The notes: generated by a model from the sequence alone, not told the origin. DNA of 46,555 nt from a virus (IMGVR_UViG_3300022173_000069:1-46555); one strand, 5' to 3'; shown: positions 7,868 through 17,196, numbered from the stretch's first letter. Made by a program: numbers and translations.

Positions 7868-8284
7868 ATGATGGGGTCGGCCTTGGGGTTCTCTAGCGAA
7901 AATCACACACTTCCCGAGCGGCGTGGTGAACGCGTCGCCCAATGGGTCCAGTCCTACATGGACGCGCAAGGATGCTCGGCGGGCGAACTCGCTTTCCGCA
8001 TCCGGCAGGACAAGCGGGACGTGCAACGGCTCCTGGAGCTGAAGTCCTGCGGTCACCGCCTGGAGGATGCTCTCGCGAGCGCCTTTGGCTGGCCGTTCGT
8101 GGAGGCTGTGATGGCCCCCGTCATCGACAACTCAATCGAGGCCGAAATTGCCAGGGAACGCGCTGAAATCGCGGCTCGGGAGGAACGCCTCTCGCGCCTG
8201 TATCGGGCTCGCGAAAGCTATCGCACGGGGCCTCGGCTGGTCGATGCGCAAGACCGGTCTAGGTCTTCATCGGATCGGATCTGA
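7868..8284 (+). CDS. CII-like HTH regulator
   Basis: Position after cro; HTH-like SAGELAFRIRQDKRDVQRLL followed by a coiled coil. Confidence 0.55.
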   Translation: MMGSALGFSSENHTLPERRGERVAQWVQSYMDAQGCSAGELAFRIRQDKRDVQRLLELKSCGHRLEDALASAFGWPFVEAVMAPVIDNSIEAEIARERAEIAAREERLSRLYRARESYRTGPRLVDAQDRSRSSSDRI

Positions 8285-8305
8285 ACTAGAGCGCTGGGGG
8301 CATCA

Positions 8306-8689
8306 ATGAGTTCGTCCCGGAACCCACCCATCGTGTCGGCCCAAGAGCCGACATCACCGGGGCAGAGCCCTCTCGCCTCAGCCGATCTTCCGCCCCGGGA
8401 ATGGGTTGTTGCGATTCTCGGTGCGATCAATGCCACTCGCGCCACTGACTTGATGTGCGACGGAACCCGCGCAGTCGAGCACGCGCTGGCGGCTGCGACG
8501 CAGATTGCGGCTCATGTCAAAGACCTCACCGACAACTTCGTGCGCGTACCGGCGGACGCCGACCAAGCCGCCTTGATGGTGCTGCTTGGCGACCTGTGGC
8601 TCCGAGAGCACGCGCCGGAAAGGCTGACCAATCAGGCGCGGAGCGCCGATGCCGCACCGGTCTCTCCTCCGATCCGGGAGGACCACTGA
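8306..8689 (+). CDS. Hypothetical protein
   Basis: 127-aa ORF whose N-terminus (MSSSRNPPIV) is encoded by repeat A4. Confidence 0.55.
   Translation: MSSSRNPPIVSAQEPTSPGQSPLASADLPPREWVVAILGAINATRATDLMCDGTRAVEHALAAATQIAAHVKDLTDNFVRVPADADQAALMVLLGDLWLREHAPERLTNQARSADAAPVSPPIREDH
8309..8370 (+). repeat. Junction repeat type A (copy A4, rightward operon)
   Basis: GTTCGTCCCGGAACCCACCCATCG plus TGTCGGC-CCAAGA-GCCGACA hairpin, then TCAC. Confidence 0.85.
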
Positions 8690-8866
8690 GTGTTCAACCC
8701 ATTGAATCTATTCCCCAAACACCGTCAAGCCAAGGCTGAGAGAGCCCGTAAGGAAGCACGCCAGGCCTACCTAGCTGCGTGTGATGCGGGCGACACCCGA
8801 GAACAGCATCGCACCCACGAAGCGTTCGTAAGGGCCACGGTGCTCGTGTTGAGGAGGGGCCTGTGA
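8690..8866 (+). CDS. Small hypothetical protein (58 aa)
   Basis: Manual translation from GTG: MFNPLNLFPK...YLAACDAGDTREQH; GTGA overlap with rusA. Confidence 0.55.
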   Translation: MFNPLNLFPKHRQAKAERARKEARQAYLAACDAGDTREQHRTHEAFVRATVLVLRRGL

Positions 8867-9201
8867 TCGTCCTGCCGTTCCCACCCAGCAGCCTCTCAGG
8901 ACACGCCAAGGGCCACTGGCGGTCCAAGGCCGCCGAGACCAAGAAGCACCGCGAATGGGCACGCCAGGCGACGCTCGCCGCCAAGCCCTCAGTTCCAGCG
9001 ACCGGCGATATCAGCCTGCACATCCACTTCATCCCGCCAGACCGCCGCGGTGACCGGACCAACTTCCCCAACCGCATGAAGGCAAGTCTCGACGGCATCG
9101 CCCAAGCACTCGGCGTGAACGATAGCCGCTTCCTCCCCCGCTACACCTTCGGAGAGCCCTGCAAGCCCGGCCAGGTCCAAGTGACCGTGGAGGCTGCATG
9201 A
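8863..9201 (+). CDS. rusA: RusA-like Holliday junction resolvase
   Basis: LPFPPSSL..HW..FIPPDRRGDRTNFPNRMKASLDGIAQALGVNDSRF. Confidence 0.75.
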   Translation: MIVLPFPPSSLSGHAKGHWRSKAAETKKHREWARQATLAAKPSVPATGDISLHIHFIPPDRRGDRTNFPNRMKASLDGIAQALGVNDSRFLPRYTFGEPCKPGQVQVTVEAA

Positions 9202-9683
9202 CCGTCGAACCCAAGCTCTGGAGCGAACGAGACTTCGACGAGTGCTGCTATGCGGTGTCCGGCCTGGGACCGCAGACGATGGTCTGTGCGACGCCCTGTC
9301 GCGGCTCGTACTGCGACACGCACCGTCGGCGCATGGCGCTTGCGCTCAAGATCCCAGAGCCCCGACCGCCGAAGGTCAAGGTCACCACGCTCAAGCCACT
9401 GGCCGAGCGCCCGCTGGGCTACGTCTATCAGGCCGCAAAGGTGGACCAGATCATCGACCGGGTCGCCGCTCGCTACGGGCTGACCGGCAAGCTGCTGAAG
9501 TCCAAGGCGAGATCCAAGACCTACGCCGCGCCCCGCCAAGAGGCCTGCTACCGCATTCGCCAGCTCGGCCGGCCGTGGTCCCAGGTCGCCGCCGCGATGG
9601 GCCTCCACGATCACACTAGCGCCATGTTGGCTAGCCGCAAGTATGAGGGCCGGTTGGCCGAGCAGGGGAGGGCCGCCGCATGA
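9198..9683 (+). CDS. Fusion of a GcrA-like Cys motif and a DnaA domain IV-like HTH
   Basis: CCY..VCATP..SYCDTHRRRM followed by RSKTYAAPRQEACYRIR..SQVAAAMGLHDHTSAM. Confidence 0.65.
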   Translation: MTVEPKLWSERDFDECCYAVSGLGPQTMVCATPCRGSYCDTHRRRMALALKIPEPRPPKVKVTTLKPLAERPLGYVYQAAKVDQIIDRVAARYGLTGKLLKSKARSKTYAAPRQEACYRIRQLGRPWSQVAAAMGLHDHTSAMLASRKYEGRLAEQGRAAA

Positions 9684-10330
9684 GCCCACCTCCCTATATG
9701 CGCATGTACTGGGGAAACTACTTCCGCCAGACCAAGCACCTCACGCGGTCCCAGCACGGCGCGTACCTGATGCTGCTGTCCTCGCTCTGGAGCGAAGGCG
9801 GCAAGCTCCCTGCCGACGACGCGACGCTCTCCCGCCACGCGCTCTGCACCCCGAAGGAGTGGGCCGAGATGAAGGCTGTCATCATGCCGTTTTTCGATGT
9901 CCGGAGGGGCAAGCTGTCCAACCGAAAGGTCACCGAGGAACTGGCCCATTACGAAGCCATAGTTGGTAAGCGTAAGTCGGCCGGAAAAGCGGGGGCGGAC
10001 GTAACTAACGCAAAACGTTCAGCTTCTAGCGCAGCAAATGCCGCCCGTTTGCCGACAAAACCAGAACCAGAACCAGAGAGTAGTTTAGAAGCCCAAAGAA
10101 GGGCTTCTAAATCTACTCGACGCGAGCGTCCGGAAGCGCGCCCTGAAGGCGCTTCCGCCCTCCGCGTCATCGAGGGCGGAGGAAGCGAGGGCTCGCTGTG
10201 GTCGGCGGCGCTTGAACAGGCCCGGATAGACCTTCCGCACTTCGAGAAGACCGACCCCGACTTCGCCAGCGAGATCGCCGAGTTCATCGCCGTTGCGACC
10301 GTCAAGCTCGGCCTGGAGGACGCGGCATGA
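9680..10330 (+). CDS. DUF1376/YdaU-family replication initiator
   Basis: PYMRMYWGNYFRQTKHLTRSQHGAYLMLL..W..LPADDATLSR; PEPEPE linker. Confidence 0.85.
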   Translation: MSPPPYMRMYWGNYFRQTKHLTRSQHGAYLMLLSSLWSEGGKLPADDATLSRHALCTPKEWAEMKAVIMPFFDVRRGKLSNRKVTEELAHYEAIVGKRKSAGKAGADVTNAKRSASSAANAARLPTKPEPEPESSLEAQRRASKSTRRERPEARPEGASALRVIEGGGSEGSLWSAALEQARIDLPHFEKTDPDFASEIAEFIAVATVKLGLEDAA

Positions 10331-10563
10331 CCCGTCAGGAGTTCACCCGGACCATCGCCGAGATCTACGGCGAGCCCTTCGTGTTTTCGTACGTCCAGCC
10401 CTCCGGCTTCACCGAGGGCGCCCACCCGATCCTGTACCCGTGGTCCTACGTGGCCGAGGAGCGCCTGAAGGACCGTGCAATCGTCACGCTCCGCAGGCTT
10501 GGCGTGAAGCTCGGGCCGGTGATCGCTGAGCATCTGAAACCCAAGACCCAGAGGGCGGCATGA
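10327..10563 (+). CDS. Hypothetical protein
   Basis: ATGA-coupled ORF. Confidence 0.6.
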   Translation: MTRQEFTRTIAEIYGEPFVFSYVQPSGFTEGAHPILYPWSYVAEERLKDRAIVTLRRLGVKLGPVIAEHLKPKTQRAA

Positions 10564-10877
10564 GCCAGCCGACCTACGAAGATCTCGCCCGACAGCTATC
10601 GGATGGTCTGAACCTGTGCGTCAGGGCTCGCGCGCTGGATAGCCACGCCCGCACGGCTGACATGGTGGCGGCTTTCCCGGGCATCGACATGGAGCGCTCC
10701 GCACCTCAACTGAACGCCATCAACGCGGACGCGCCTTACGAAACCCGCAGCCTGACAGTTCCGGCGTGGGTCCAGCAGCAATACGAGCATGACCTGGCGG
10801 CGTGGGAGCGCGCCACGAAGGCCATGCTGTCCACCCTGCCGCTTGAGGCCCTTCAGCCCAAGGAGGCTGGCCAATGA
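10560..10877 (+). CDS. Hypothetical protein
   Basis: ATGA-coupled ORF. Confidence 0.6.
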   Translation: MSQPTYEDLARQLSDGLNLCVRARALDSHARTADMVAAFPGIDMERSAPQLNAINADAPYETRSLTVPAWVQQQYEHDLAAWERATKAMLSTLPLEALQPKEAGQ

Positions 10878-11179
10878 CCCTCGCCTATGTCCGAAAGGCC
10901 TACGGTGTGCCGGCCAAACGCGGAGGGCGCGTCCGCTACACCGGCTGCGGACGGGAAGAGCTGGGAACGATTATCGGTGCCAGTGGCGGCCACTTAAAGG
11001 TCCGCCTAGATGGCGTCCGTCACGGCATGCCGTTCCACCCGACGTGGAAGATTGAGTATCTCCCCGAGCAACCGCGAGGCCCGCTGATCGAACGTGACAG
11101 GTCCCGGGATGATAACCCATTGAAATCGTTCACCCTCACCCAAGCCATGAGGGATGTTATCGCCCGGAGGAACGCGTGA
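10874..11179 (+). CDS. Conserved phage hypothetical protein
   Basis: YVRKAYGVPAKRGGRVRY..GTI..HLKVRLDG..FHPTWKIEY. Confidence 0.7.
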   Translation: MTLAYVRKAYGVPAKRGGRVRYTGCGREELGTIIGASGGHLKVRLDGVRHGMPFHPTWKIEYLPEQPRGPLIERDRSRDDNPLKSFTLTQAMRDVIARRNA

Positions 11180-11436
11180 TGGCTGAAACTGACGACGTTG
11201 AACGCTTGCGCCAGGTCCACCGGCTCACGCTAGGCGAAGCCCGCATCGTGGCCGAGATGTACCGAACCGGCTCCTTCGCCCCACAGCCGCGCTGCAAGGA
11301 CACGTCCCACGTCCTGGTCGGTCGGGTCCGCAGCTACTATGGCCGGGACGTCATCGAAACCATCTGGGGCAAGGGTTACCGCCTCACGGAAGAGGGCCGA
11401 AAGCTCTTCGCCCAAGCGTTGGAATTAGCCGCATGA
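11176..11436 (+). CDS. Stand-alone OmpR/CtrA-type winged-helix protein
   Basis: HVLVGRVRS..IETIWGKGYRL, resembling the Trans_reg_C wing; no receiver domain. Confidence 0.7.
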   Translation: MMAETDDVERLRQVHRLTLGEARIVAEMYRTGSFAPQPRCKDTSHVLVGRVRSYYGRDVIETIWGKGYRLTEEGRKLFAQALELAA

Positions 11437-11464
11437 ACGCGCAAATCATGATAGGATTCAAGGG

Positions 11465-11665
11465 ATGAGCAAGACTTGGAAGATCAAGCGCCCCGGTGAG
11501 AAGGAAGCCTTCTGGGAAGGTGACATCGAGGTCGACGGCGGCGCCCTTCTGCTCATCGGGTTCGCGCAGCCGGCGCTCGACAACCCAGACCAAGGGCCCA
11601 TTCCCTACCTCTCCAAGGCTTACGCGGCCGGCGCATGGACTTCTGTCGAGAGGGTGGAGCAGTGA
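11465..11665 (+). CDS. Hypothetical protein
   Basis: 66-aa ORF with a TAGGAT -10-like box 7 nt upstream. Confidence 0.55.
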   Translation: MSKTWKIKRPGEKEAFWEGDIEVDGGALLLIGFAQPALDNPDQGPIPYLSKAYAAGAWTSVERVEQ

Positions 11666-12003
11666 AGTTGGAATTCATCCCGGAGTTGCCCGGCGTGGAC
11701 GATTCAAGGATCGCCATCCCCGAACAGATAAGCTTCCTGTGGCCGCCGCTTGGTTCGCGCCCGCTCATCAACGCTACGCCCCTCGAAGAGACTTTAGAGG
11801 CGGGTCGGTGTCGGGTGGCGCTTGAAAAGCTGGTCAAAGATTTCGCAGTCAGCCGGATTGGGAAACTCTCCGTGTCTTGGCGCCAGGAGCCATACTGGCA
11901 GCGCGAGCGGGACTACGAAAACAAATCTGATCTGAGCTGGCTCGTTGCGCGGGCCGTCGTCTACATGGACCCGTTGATCTTTCCGGCTGTCGAGAGGGTG
12001 GAG
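11643..12003 (+). repeat. 17-bp direct repeat CTGTCGAGAGGGTGGAG (11643-11659 and 11987-12003)
   Basis: Exact match; brackets the gene at 11662..12009. Confidence 0.85.
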
Positions 12004-12009
12004 GGATGA
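11662..12009 (+). CDS. Hypothetical protein (inserted gene)
   Basis: GTGA-coupled ORF ending in VERVE, like the preceding gene. Confidence 0.55.
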   Translation: MKLEFIPELPGVDDSRIAIPEQISFLWPPLGSRPLINATPLEETLEAGRCRVALEKLVKDFAVSRIGKLSVSWRQEPYWQRERDYENKSDLSWLVARAVVYMDPLIFPAVERVEG

Positions 12010-12200
12010 GCGCGCACTGGCAGATCATCGCGACCGAAATGGATGTTGGCTGCGATTGCTCCATCGTTGGTGGAGCGACCCGGCTGAACGGTAGCCCTTG
12101 GGCCTTGGGTCCGGTAACGCCAGCGCTTGGGGACATCGTTGAGTTCACGACTGACCCTGAGATCTTGGCAGCCCTCTCACAAACAGGAGAGGGGGAATGA
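12006..12200 (+). CDS. Hypothetical protein
   Basis: ATGA-coupled at both ends. Confidence 0.5.
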   Translation: MSAHWQIIATEMDVGCDCSIVGGATRLNGSPWALGPVTPALGDIVEFTTDPEILAALSQTGEGE

Positions 12201-12610
12201 GCGACCATTTCGCAGATGACGTAATCGAAGAGCTGCTGACCCGCATTTCCAAGGGTGAGCCGCTGACCCGTTTGTGTGAGGACCCGAGGATGCCGGGACG
12301 CGCGACGGTATACGATTGGCTGGATGCGGATGAGGCCTTCGCCGGACGTTTCCGTGGCGCGCGCGCACGCGGAGTTCACGCCCTCGCTGAGGACTGTCTT
12401 GAGATCGCCGACGAGCCCACAAAGGACGCCGTCGAGGTCGCCAACAAGCGCGTTCGGATCGACACTCGGCTACGTCTCGCCGGCAAGTGGTTGCCGAGCA
12501 TCTACGGCGACAAGGTGGCTCTGACCGGCGGCGATCCATCCCAGGGCGACAAGCCCTTGCAGATGGAGACCATCGTCCGCTTCGTCCGTCCTGGTGACGT
12601 GGAAGCGTGA
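12197..12610 (+). CDS. terS: Terminase small subunit
   Basis: RISKGEPLTRLC..MPGRATVYDWL..EDCLEIAD..RVRIDTRLRLAGKW.P..YGDK; directly precedes terL. Confidence 0.85.
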   Translation: MSDHFADDVIEELLTRISKGEPLTRLCEDPRMPGRATVYDWLDADEAFAGRFRGARARGVHALAEDCLEIADEPTKDAVEVANKRVRIDTRLRLAGKWLPSIYGDKVALTGGDPSQGDKPLQMETIVRFVRPGDVEA

Positions 12611-13872
12611 AGATCCGGGCCGACCTTCCTGAGTGCATGGAGGTCCCGCTTTTCGCGGCCGTGGCGGATGACGGAAAGCCGGTTCGCCATCGCGCGCTGT
12701 GGGGCGGCCGAGGCTCGGCGAAGTCCCACGGGTTCGGCCGGCGCCTGCTGATGCGGGGCTCTGAGAAGCCCGAACGCATCCTCTGCGCCCGCGAGATCCA
12801 GAAGAGCATCGACGGCTCGATCAAGACCCTGCTGGACGACCTGATACCGCAGATGGGCTTTGGTCCGACCAACGGCGACGGCTTCTATCACAGCCTGCAG
12901 TATGAAATCCGGGGTCGCAACGGCACGGCGATCAGCTTCGCTGGCCTGCGGACCAACGTGGACAACATCAAGTCCACCGAGGGTATAACGCTGGCCTATG
13001 TGAGCGAGGCCCGCGCGGTCAGCCAGAACAGCATCAACGTGCTCACGCCGACCATCCGCGCGCCTGGGTCGGAAATCTGGTGGGACTGGAACCCCGGCCT
13101 CGCCTCCGATCCCGTGGACAAGATGTTCCGCGGCGATGCGCCTCCGCCCGGCTCCATCGTTCGCCAGGTCAACTATCAGGACAACCCGTGGTTCGGCGAG
13201 CCGCTGCTGTCGGAGATGGAGTGGGACCGGGAGCGAGATCCCGACAAGTACGCCCACATCTGGCTGGGGGCCTATCAATCCAACTCCAACGCCCGGGTGT
13301 TTCGCAACTGGCGCGTGGAGGAGTTCGAGACGCCCTTCAACGCCGAGTTCAAGTTCGGGGCCGATTGGGGCTTTGCTGTAGATCCCACGGTGCTCGTTCG
13401 CGCCTACCTGCAAGGCAGAACGCTCTATGTGGACCAGGAGGCCTATCAGGTAGGCTGTGAGATCGACCGCACGCCGGCCCTGTTCGACACCATCGCAGGC
13501 TCGCGCACCTGGGCGATCACCGCAGACAGCGCCAGGCCTGAGACCGTCAGTTACATGAGCCGTCAGGGCTTCAACATCCGCAAGGCCATCAAGGGCGCCG
13601 GAAGCCTGGAGGACGGGGTCGAGTTCCTGAAGAGCTTCGACATCGTCGTTCACCCGCGCTGCACCCACACGATCGATGAGCTGAGCCTGTACAGCTACAA
13701 GGTCGACAAGCTCACCGAGGAAGTCCTGCCGGTGCTGGACGACAAGGAGAACCACGTCATCGACGCGCTCCGGTACGCCCTGGAGGCCCTGCGCCGCGCC
13801 CGGATCGGGTTCGTGGACTACGACATGGAAAACGACCAGCCACAGGGCCGGTCAGGGACTACGGGGTACTAG
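12607..13872 (+). CDS. terL: Terminase large subunit (PBSX/Terminase_3 type)
   Basis: GGRGSAKS Walker A, LCAREIQKSI, GADWGF..DP, NHVIDALRYA. Confidence 0.95.
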   Translation: MKIRADLPECMEVPLFAAVADDGKPVRHRALWGGRGSAKSHGFGRRLLMRGSEKPERILCAREIQKSIDGSIKTLLDDLIPQMGFGPTNGDGFYHSLQYEIRGRNGTAISFAGLRTNVDNIKSTEGITLAYVSEARAVSQNSINVLTPTIRAPGSEIWWDWNPGLASDPVDKMFRGDAPPPGSIVRQVNYQDNPWFGEPLLSEMEWDRERDPDKYAHIWLGAYQSNSNARVFRNWRVEEFETPFNAEFKFGADWGFAVDPTVLVRAYLQGRTLYVDQEAYQVGCEIDRTPALFDTIAGSRTWAITADSARPETVSYMSRQGFNIRKAIKGAGSLEDGVEFLKSFDIVVHPRCTHTIDELSLYSYKVDKLTEEVLPVLDDKENHVIDALRYALEALRRARIGFVDYDMENDQPQGRSGTTGY

Positions 13873-14065
13873 GAATGTGGGCTAGCATCATCTTTGGCCT
13901 GATATTCGGGGGTTTCGGCGCCTATGGACTCTATGTGTACTTCCGCCCCTCGCGTGTCCGTCCCGGGTTCTTCATCGGTTGGGCAGGATCGGTGCTGTTC
14001 GTTGCCGGCGCGCTGAGTTTCGCGACAGGTGTCGGACAGGCGCTAGGCAATGGGACTACGGGGTA
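13855..14065 (+). repeat. 14-bp direct repeat GGGACTACGGGGTA (13855-13868 and 14052-14065)
   Basis: Exact match; brackets the membrane-protein gene. Confidence 0.85.
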
Positions 14066-14069
14066 TTGA
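13875..14069 (+). CDS. Small two-TM membrane protein (moron)
   Basis: Two hydrophobic segments; ends GTTGY like TerL. Confidence 0.65.
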   Translation: MWASIIFGLIFGGFGAYGLYVYFRPSRVRPGFFIGWAGSVLFVAGALSFATGVGQALGNGTTGY

Positions 14070-14070
14070 G

Positions 14071-14145
14071 ATGATCGACTTCGTAGCGGTCGTTATCGTG
14101 TTAGCCATCGGCGCAGGGCTCGCTCTACGTGGCTGGTTGCAGTAG
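14071..14145 (+). CDS. Putative 24-aa membrane peptide
   Basis: Manual translation MIDFVAVVIVLAIGAGLALRGWLQ. Confidence 0.4.
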   Translation: MIDFVAVVIVLAIGAGLALRGWLQ

Positions 14146-14203
14146 CGGTCTCCGCACGGGTCCAAAACCGCACTCTTAGCCAAATGGCGAAATCCTAGGT
14201 ATC

Positions 14204-14566
14204 ATGAGCAAGCGCGTAGCCAACGGCAGGGGAAGCTCGAAGCGGCGTCGGAACAGGCGTGCCAAGCTTCTGCTTTCGCAGCTCGGTCACTGCTACCTGT
14301 GCGTTGAGCCCCTGGCCGATGAGCCGGCGTGCGAGATCCACAAGGCGCGGCTAGGCCGAAACATGGTGGCTCAACCGGGCAACAAAGTCCTGACCCATGA
14401 ACGCTGCGGACTGCCGTTCGGCGGTCTTTCCAATGGCGACCGTCAGGCGATCCTGAATGCGGGCGGTCAGGCGCGGCGTGATCTCGCAAAAAAAGAGAGG
14501 GTCGCGCGAGCAACCCTCCCTCTCAACATAGGAGATACCGCATGCCTACATGGCACGACGCAGTGA
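14204..14566 (+). CDS. Basic Zn-binding protein, possibly a degenerate HNH
   Basis: CYLC...H...NKVLTHERC pattern, between terL and the portal gene. Confidence 0.45.
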   Translation: MSKRVANGRGSSKRRRNRRAKLLLSQLGHCYLCVEPLADEPACEIHKARLGRNMVAQPGNKVLTHERCGLPFGGLSNGDRQAILNAGGQARRDLAKKERVARATLPLNIGDTACLHGTTQ

Positions 14567-14698
14567 CGTTAGCGGATTGCGGCGCCAAGTCCAACGATTC
14601 CAACACCTAAACGTCCCATTAATGGACTAACGCGCCGAACCAGCCCCATGCTTCGGCATGAACGCGGCTGAAGTCCTCCCCATCCTGCGAGCACGTCC

Positions 14699-16915
14699 AT
14701 GAGCGACGTGTACCTCGACGATGAGTTGGAGGTGGAGCCCATCGAGCCCGTGTTCACCGCGGCCTCTGGCGGCGGCCTCGGCAGGCTCCAGAAAGCCGCC
14801 GTCCGCCAAGCCGCGCACGAGTTCCTCGACGAATCCGAGATCGCCCGCATTGGCGCCGACGTGGTCACCGACTGGAACCGCGATCAGGCGGCCAACAAGG
14901 ACTGGCGAGAGAAGGCGGAAGCTGCCCTCGACGCGGCGGCTCAGGAGAAGGTCGAGCCCAAAAACTACCCCTTCAGGGGCGCGGCGAACGTCAAGTACCC
15001 GCTCCTGACCATCAGCTCGACCGGCTTCAACGCCCGTGCCGCCCCTGCGGTGATCAAGGGCGACCAGGCCATCCACGTCAAGACGTTCGGCAAGGACAAG
15101 AAGGGCACGAAGGCCAAGCGCGCGGCGCGGGTCGGCGAGTACCTGAACTACCTGCTGTTCTACAAGGTCAAGGGTTGGGTTCACGACACCGACGCGATGC
15201 TGATCCGCCTGCCTGCGGTCGGTCAGCACTATCGCAAGGTCTGGTGGGACCCGCTTACCCGTCAGACCTGCATCGAGAGCGTGTCGGCCCTGCGCCTGAC
15301 GCTGGCCGAGGGTGCGTCGAGCATGGCGTCCTCGCCCCGCATCACCCACGACTACGACCGCTATCCGCACGAGCTGCAGAAGCTCATGGCCTCGGGCCAC
15401 TTCCGGAAGGTCAACCTCGTTCCGGAAGGAGACGACGACCAGAAGTCCCGCGTGCTGCTGGAGCAGTACCGCTACATGGACCTGGACGATGATGGCCTCG
15501 ACGAACCCTACATCGTCACAGTCGACGCCTCGACGACCGAAGTCCTGCGCATCGACAACGGCTGGGACGATGAGGCCGTAGAGCGCGACCAAGACGGGAC
15601 CGTGCTCAACATCGAGCGCGAGCTGCCGTTCGTGGACTACGGTTTCATCCCCGATCCCAAGGGCCGAGCCTACGCCATCGGCTTCGGTCACCTGCTCACG
15701 CCGATCATGGACGTGATCAACACGATCATCAATCTGTCCATCGACGCCGGCCACGCTCAGGTCGCGGGGGGCGGGTTCTTCGGCTCGGAGATCCGTCTGC
15801 AGGGCGCTGGTCAGAACGGCGCGGCGCGCTGGCAACCCGGCGAGTACAAGAATCTCCCCGTGTCAGGCGACGACATCCGCAAAGGCATCTACGAGCGGAT
15901 CTTCCCTGGCCCCTCGGACGTGCTCTTCCAGTTTCTCGGCATGCTGATGGAGGCGGCCGAGCGCATCGCCTCGGTCAACGACGCCATGACCGGGGATGCG
16001 AACCGCAACGCCCCCGTGGGAACGACGCTCGCGCTCATCGAGCAGGGTCAACAGGTCTTCAACGCCATCTACAAGCGGCTGTTCGAGGGGCTGAGGAACG
16101 AGTTCACGCTGTTTGCGAACATCGTCGCCAAGCACGGTGACGCGGCCGACTATGCGAAGTTCTGCGATGAGGCGGAAGACGCGCCCGAGACGGGCCAAAT
16201 GGGCCACAATGGCGGGCCTCCGATGGCTCCTGAGGGCGCTCAGGCCCCGATGATGGGCCAACAAGCGCAGCCGGGCCTGATGGGCGCTCCTGGGGCTCCC
16301 GTGGCCCCGCCAATGGCGCCTCCTGTCGATCCCGAGGCGCTGTTCAAGGCGGATTTCGACTTCGACGACCTCGACATCCGGCCGATTTCCGACCCTTCGG
16401 CGGTCACCCGGGCTCAGTTGCTCGCCAAGTTCCAGATCGCCCTCCAGTTCGTCGGCAAGGGCGTCTATGCCGACGACAACGCGGTGATCCGCTACGGCCT
16501 GGAGGCTGCGGGGATCGGGGAGGCCAGCGATTGGATTCCGGAGAAGACCGGACCGAGCCCGCAAGAGCAGATGATGATGAAGCTGCAGATGGCGCTCGCC
16601 GAGGCGGAGCTGGCCATCAAGCAGGGGCAGGCCGCGCAGTTCGCCGCGAACGCCCAGAAGACCCAGGCCAGCGTCCAGATCGACGGCGCGAAGGCTCAGG
16701 CCGACATCCAGCACAAGGGCGCCCAAACTGCGCAGATCGTGGACGGGCTGGACGGGCAGCAGGCGCTTGAACGTGCCCGCCAAGCCCAATCCGAACTCGC
16801 CAACGATGAGGTGGATCGCCGGAAGGGCCTGAACGAGGCCGCCATGGCGCTGCTGCAGCCCGGCCTTGAGGCAGAGCGCGAGGAACGGGCGGCGGCTAGG
16901 GAGCCTGCGCAATGA
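14699..16915 (+). CDS. Portal protein (podovirus type, long C-terminal coil)
   Basis: 738 aa after terL; KNYPFRGAANVKYPLL, APVGTTLALIEQG, Gln/Ala-rich tail. Confidence 0.9.
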   Translation: MSDVYLDDELEVEPIEPVFTAASGGGLGRLQKAAVRQAAHEFLDESEIARIGADVVTDWNRDQAANKDWREKAEAALDAAAQEKVEPKNYPFRGAANVKYPLLTISSTGFNARAAPAVIKGDQAIHVKTFGKDKKGTKAKRAARVGEYLNYLLFYKVKGWVHDTDAMLIRLPAVGQHYRKVWWDPLTRQTCIESVSALRLTLAEGASSMASSPRITHDYDRYPHELQKLMASGHFRKVNLVPEGDDDQKSRVLLEQYRYMDLDDDGLDEPYIVTVDASTTEVLRIDNGWDDEAVERDQDGTVLNIERELPFVDYGFIPDPKGRAYAIGFGHLLTPIMDVINTIINLSIDAGHAQVAGGGFFGSEIRLQGAGQNGAARWQPGEYKNLPVSGDDIRKGIYERIFPGPSDVLFQFLGMLMEAAERIASVNDAMTGDANRNAPVGTTLALIEQGQQVFNAIYKRLFEGLRNEFTLFANIVAKHGDAADYAKFCDEAEDAPETGQMGHNGGPPMAPEGAQAPMMGQQAQPGLMGAPGAPVAPPMAPPVDPEALFKADFDFDDLDIRPISDPSAVTRAQLLAKFQIALQFVGKGVYADDNAVIRYGLEAAGIGEASDWIPEKTGPSPQEQMMMKLQMALAEAELAIKQGQAAQFAANAQKTQASVQIDGAKAQADIQHKGAQTAQIVDGLDGQQALERARQAQSELANDEVDRRKGLNEAAMALLQPGLEAEREERAAAREPAQ

Positions 16916-17196
16916 GCGCCCCGGAATACACCGAGGACGATTTTGCGGCGTGGATGGAAACGCCGATGACCCGCCTTGTGATCGCCGGCCTCGAAGCCAT
17001 GGCGACCGAACAGCAGACCAACTGGCAAGCCGGAGCCTGGAGCGCCGAATACCTCAACGCCGAGGACCGCGAGCGCCAACTGATCGCGCTCAACCGCGCC
17101 AAGGTCCGAGCCGACACCTACCGAGAGATGGCGAACATCACGCTCGCCGATGTGCTGGCCGCGAATGGCCTGGAAACCGCCCAGGAGGGGCAATGA
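16912..17196 (+). CDS. Hypothetical protein
   Basis: ATGA-coupled to the portal gene. Confidence 0.7.
   Translation: MSAPEYTEDDFAAWMETPMTRLVIAGLEAMATEQQTNWQAGAWSAEYLNAEDRERQLIALNRAKVRADTYREMANITLADVLAANGLETAQEGQ

Noticed and set aside
10058-10078. AACCAG tandem repeat as replication iterons
   Set aside because: It is explained by the PEPEPE linker of the initiator. An origin nearby is possible but not demonstrable.
16170-16330. Intein or mobile insert in the portal gene
   Set aside because: It is a low-complexity Pro/Ala/Met/Gly loop with no intein terminal motifs.
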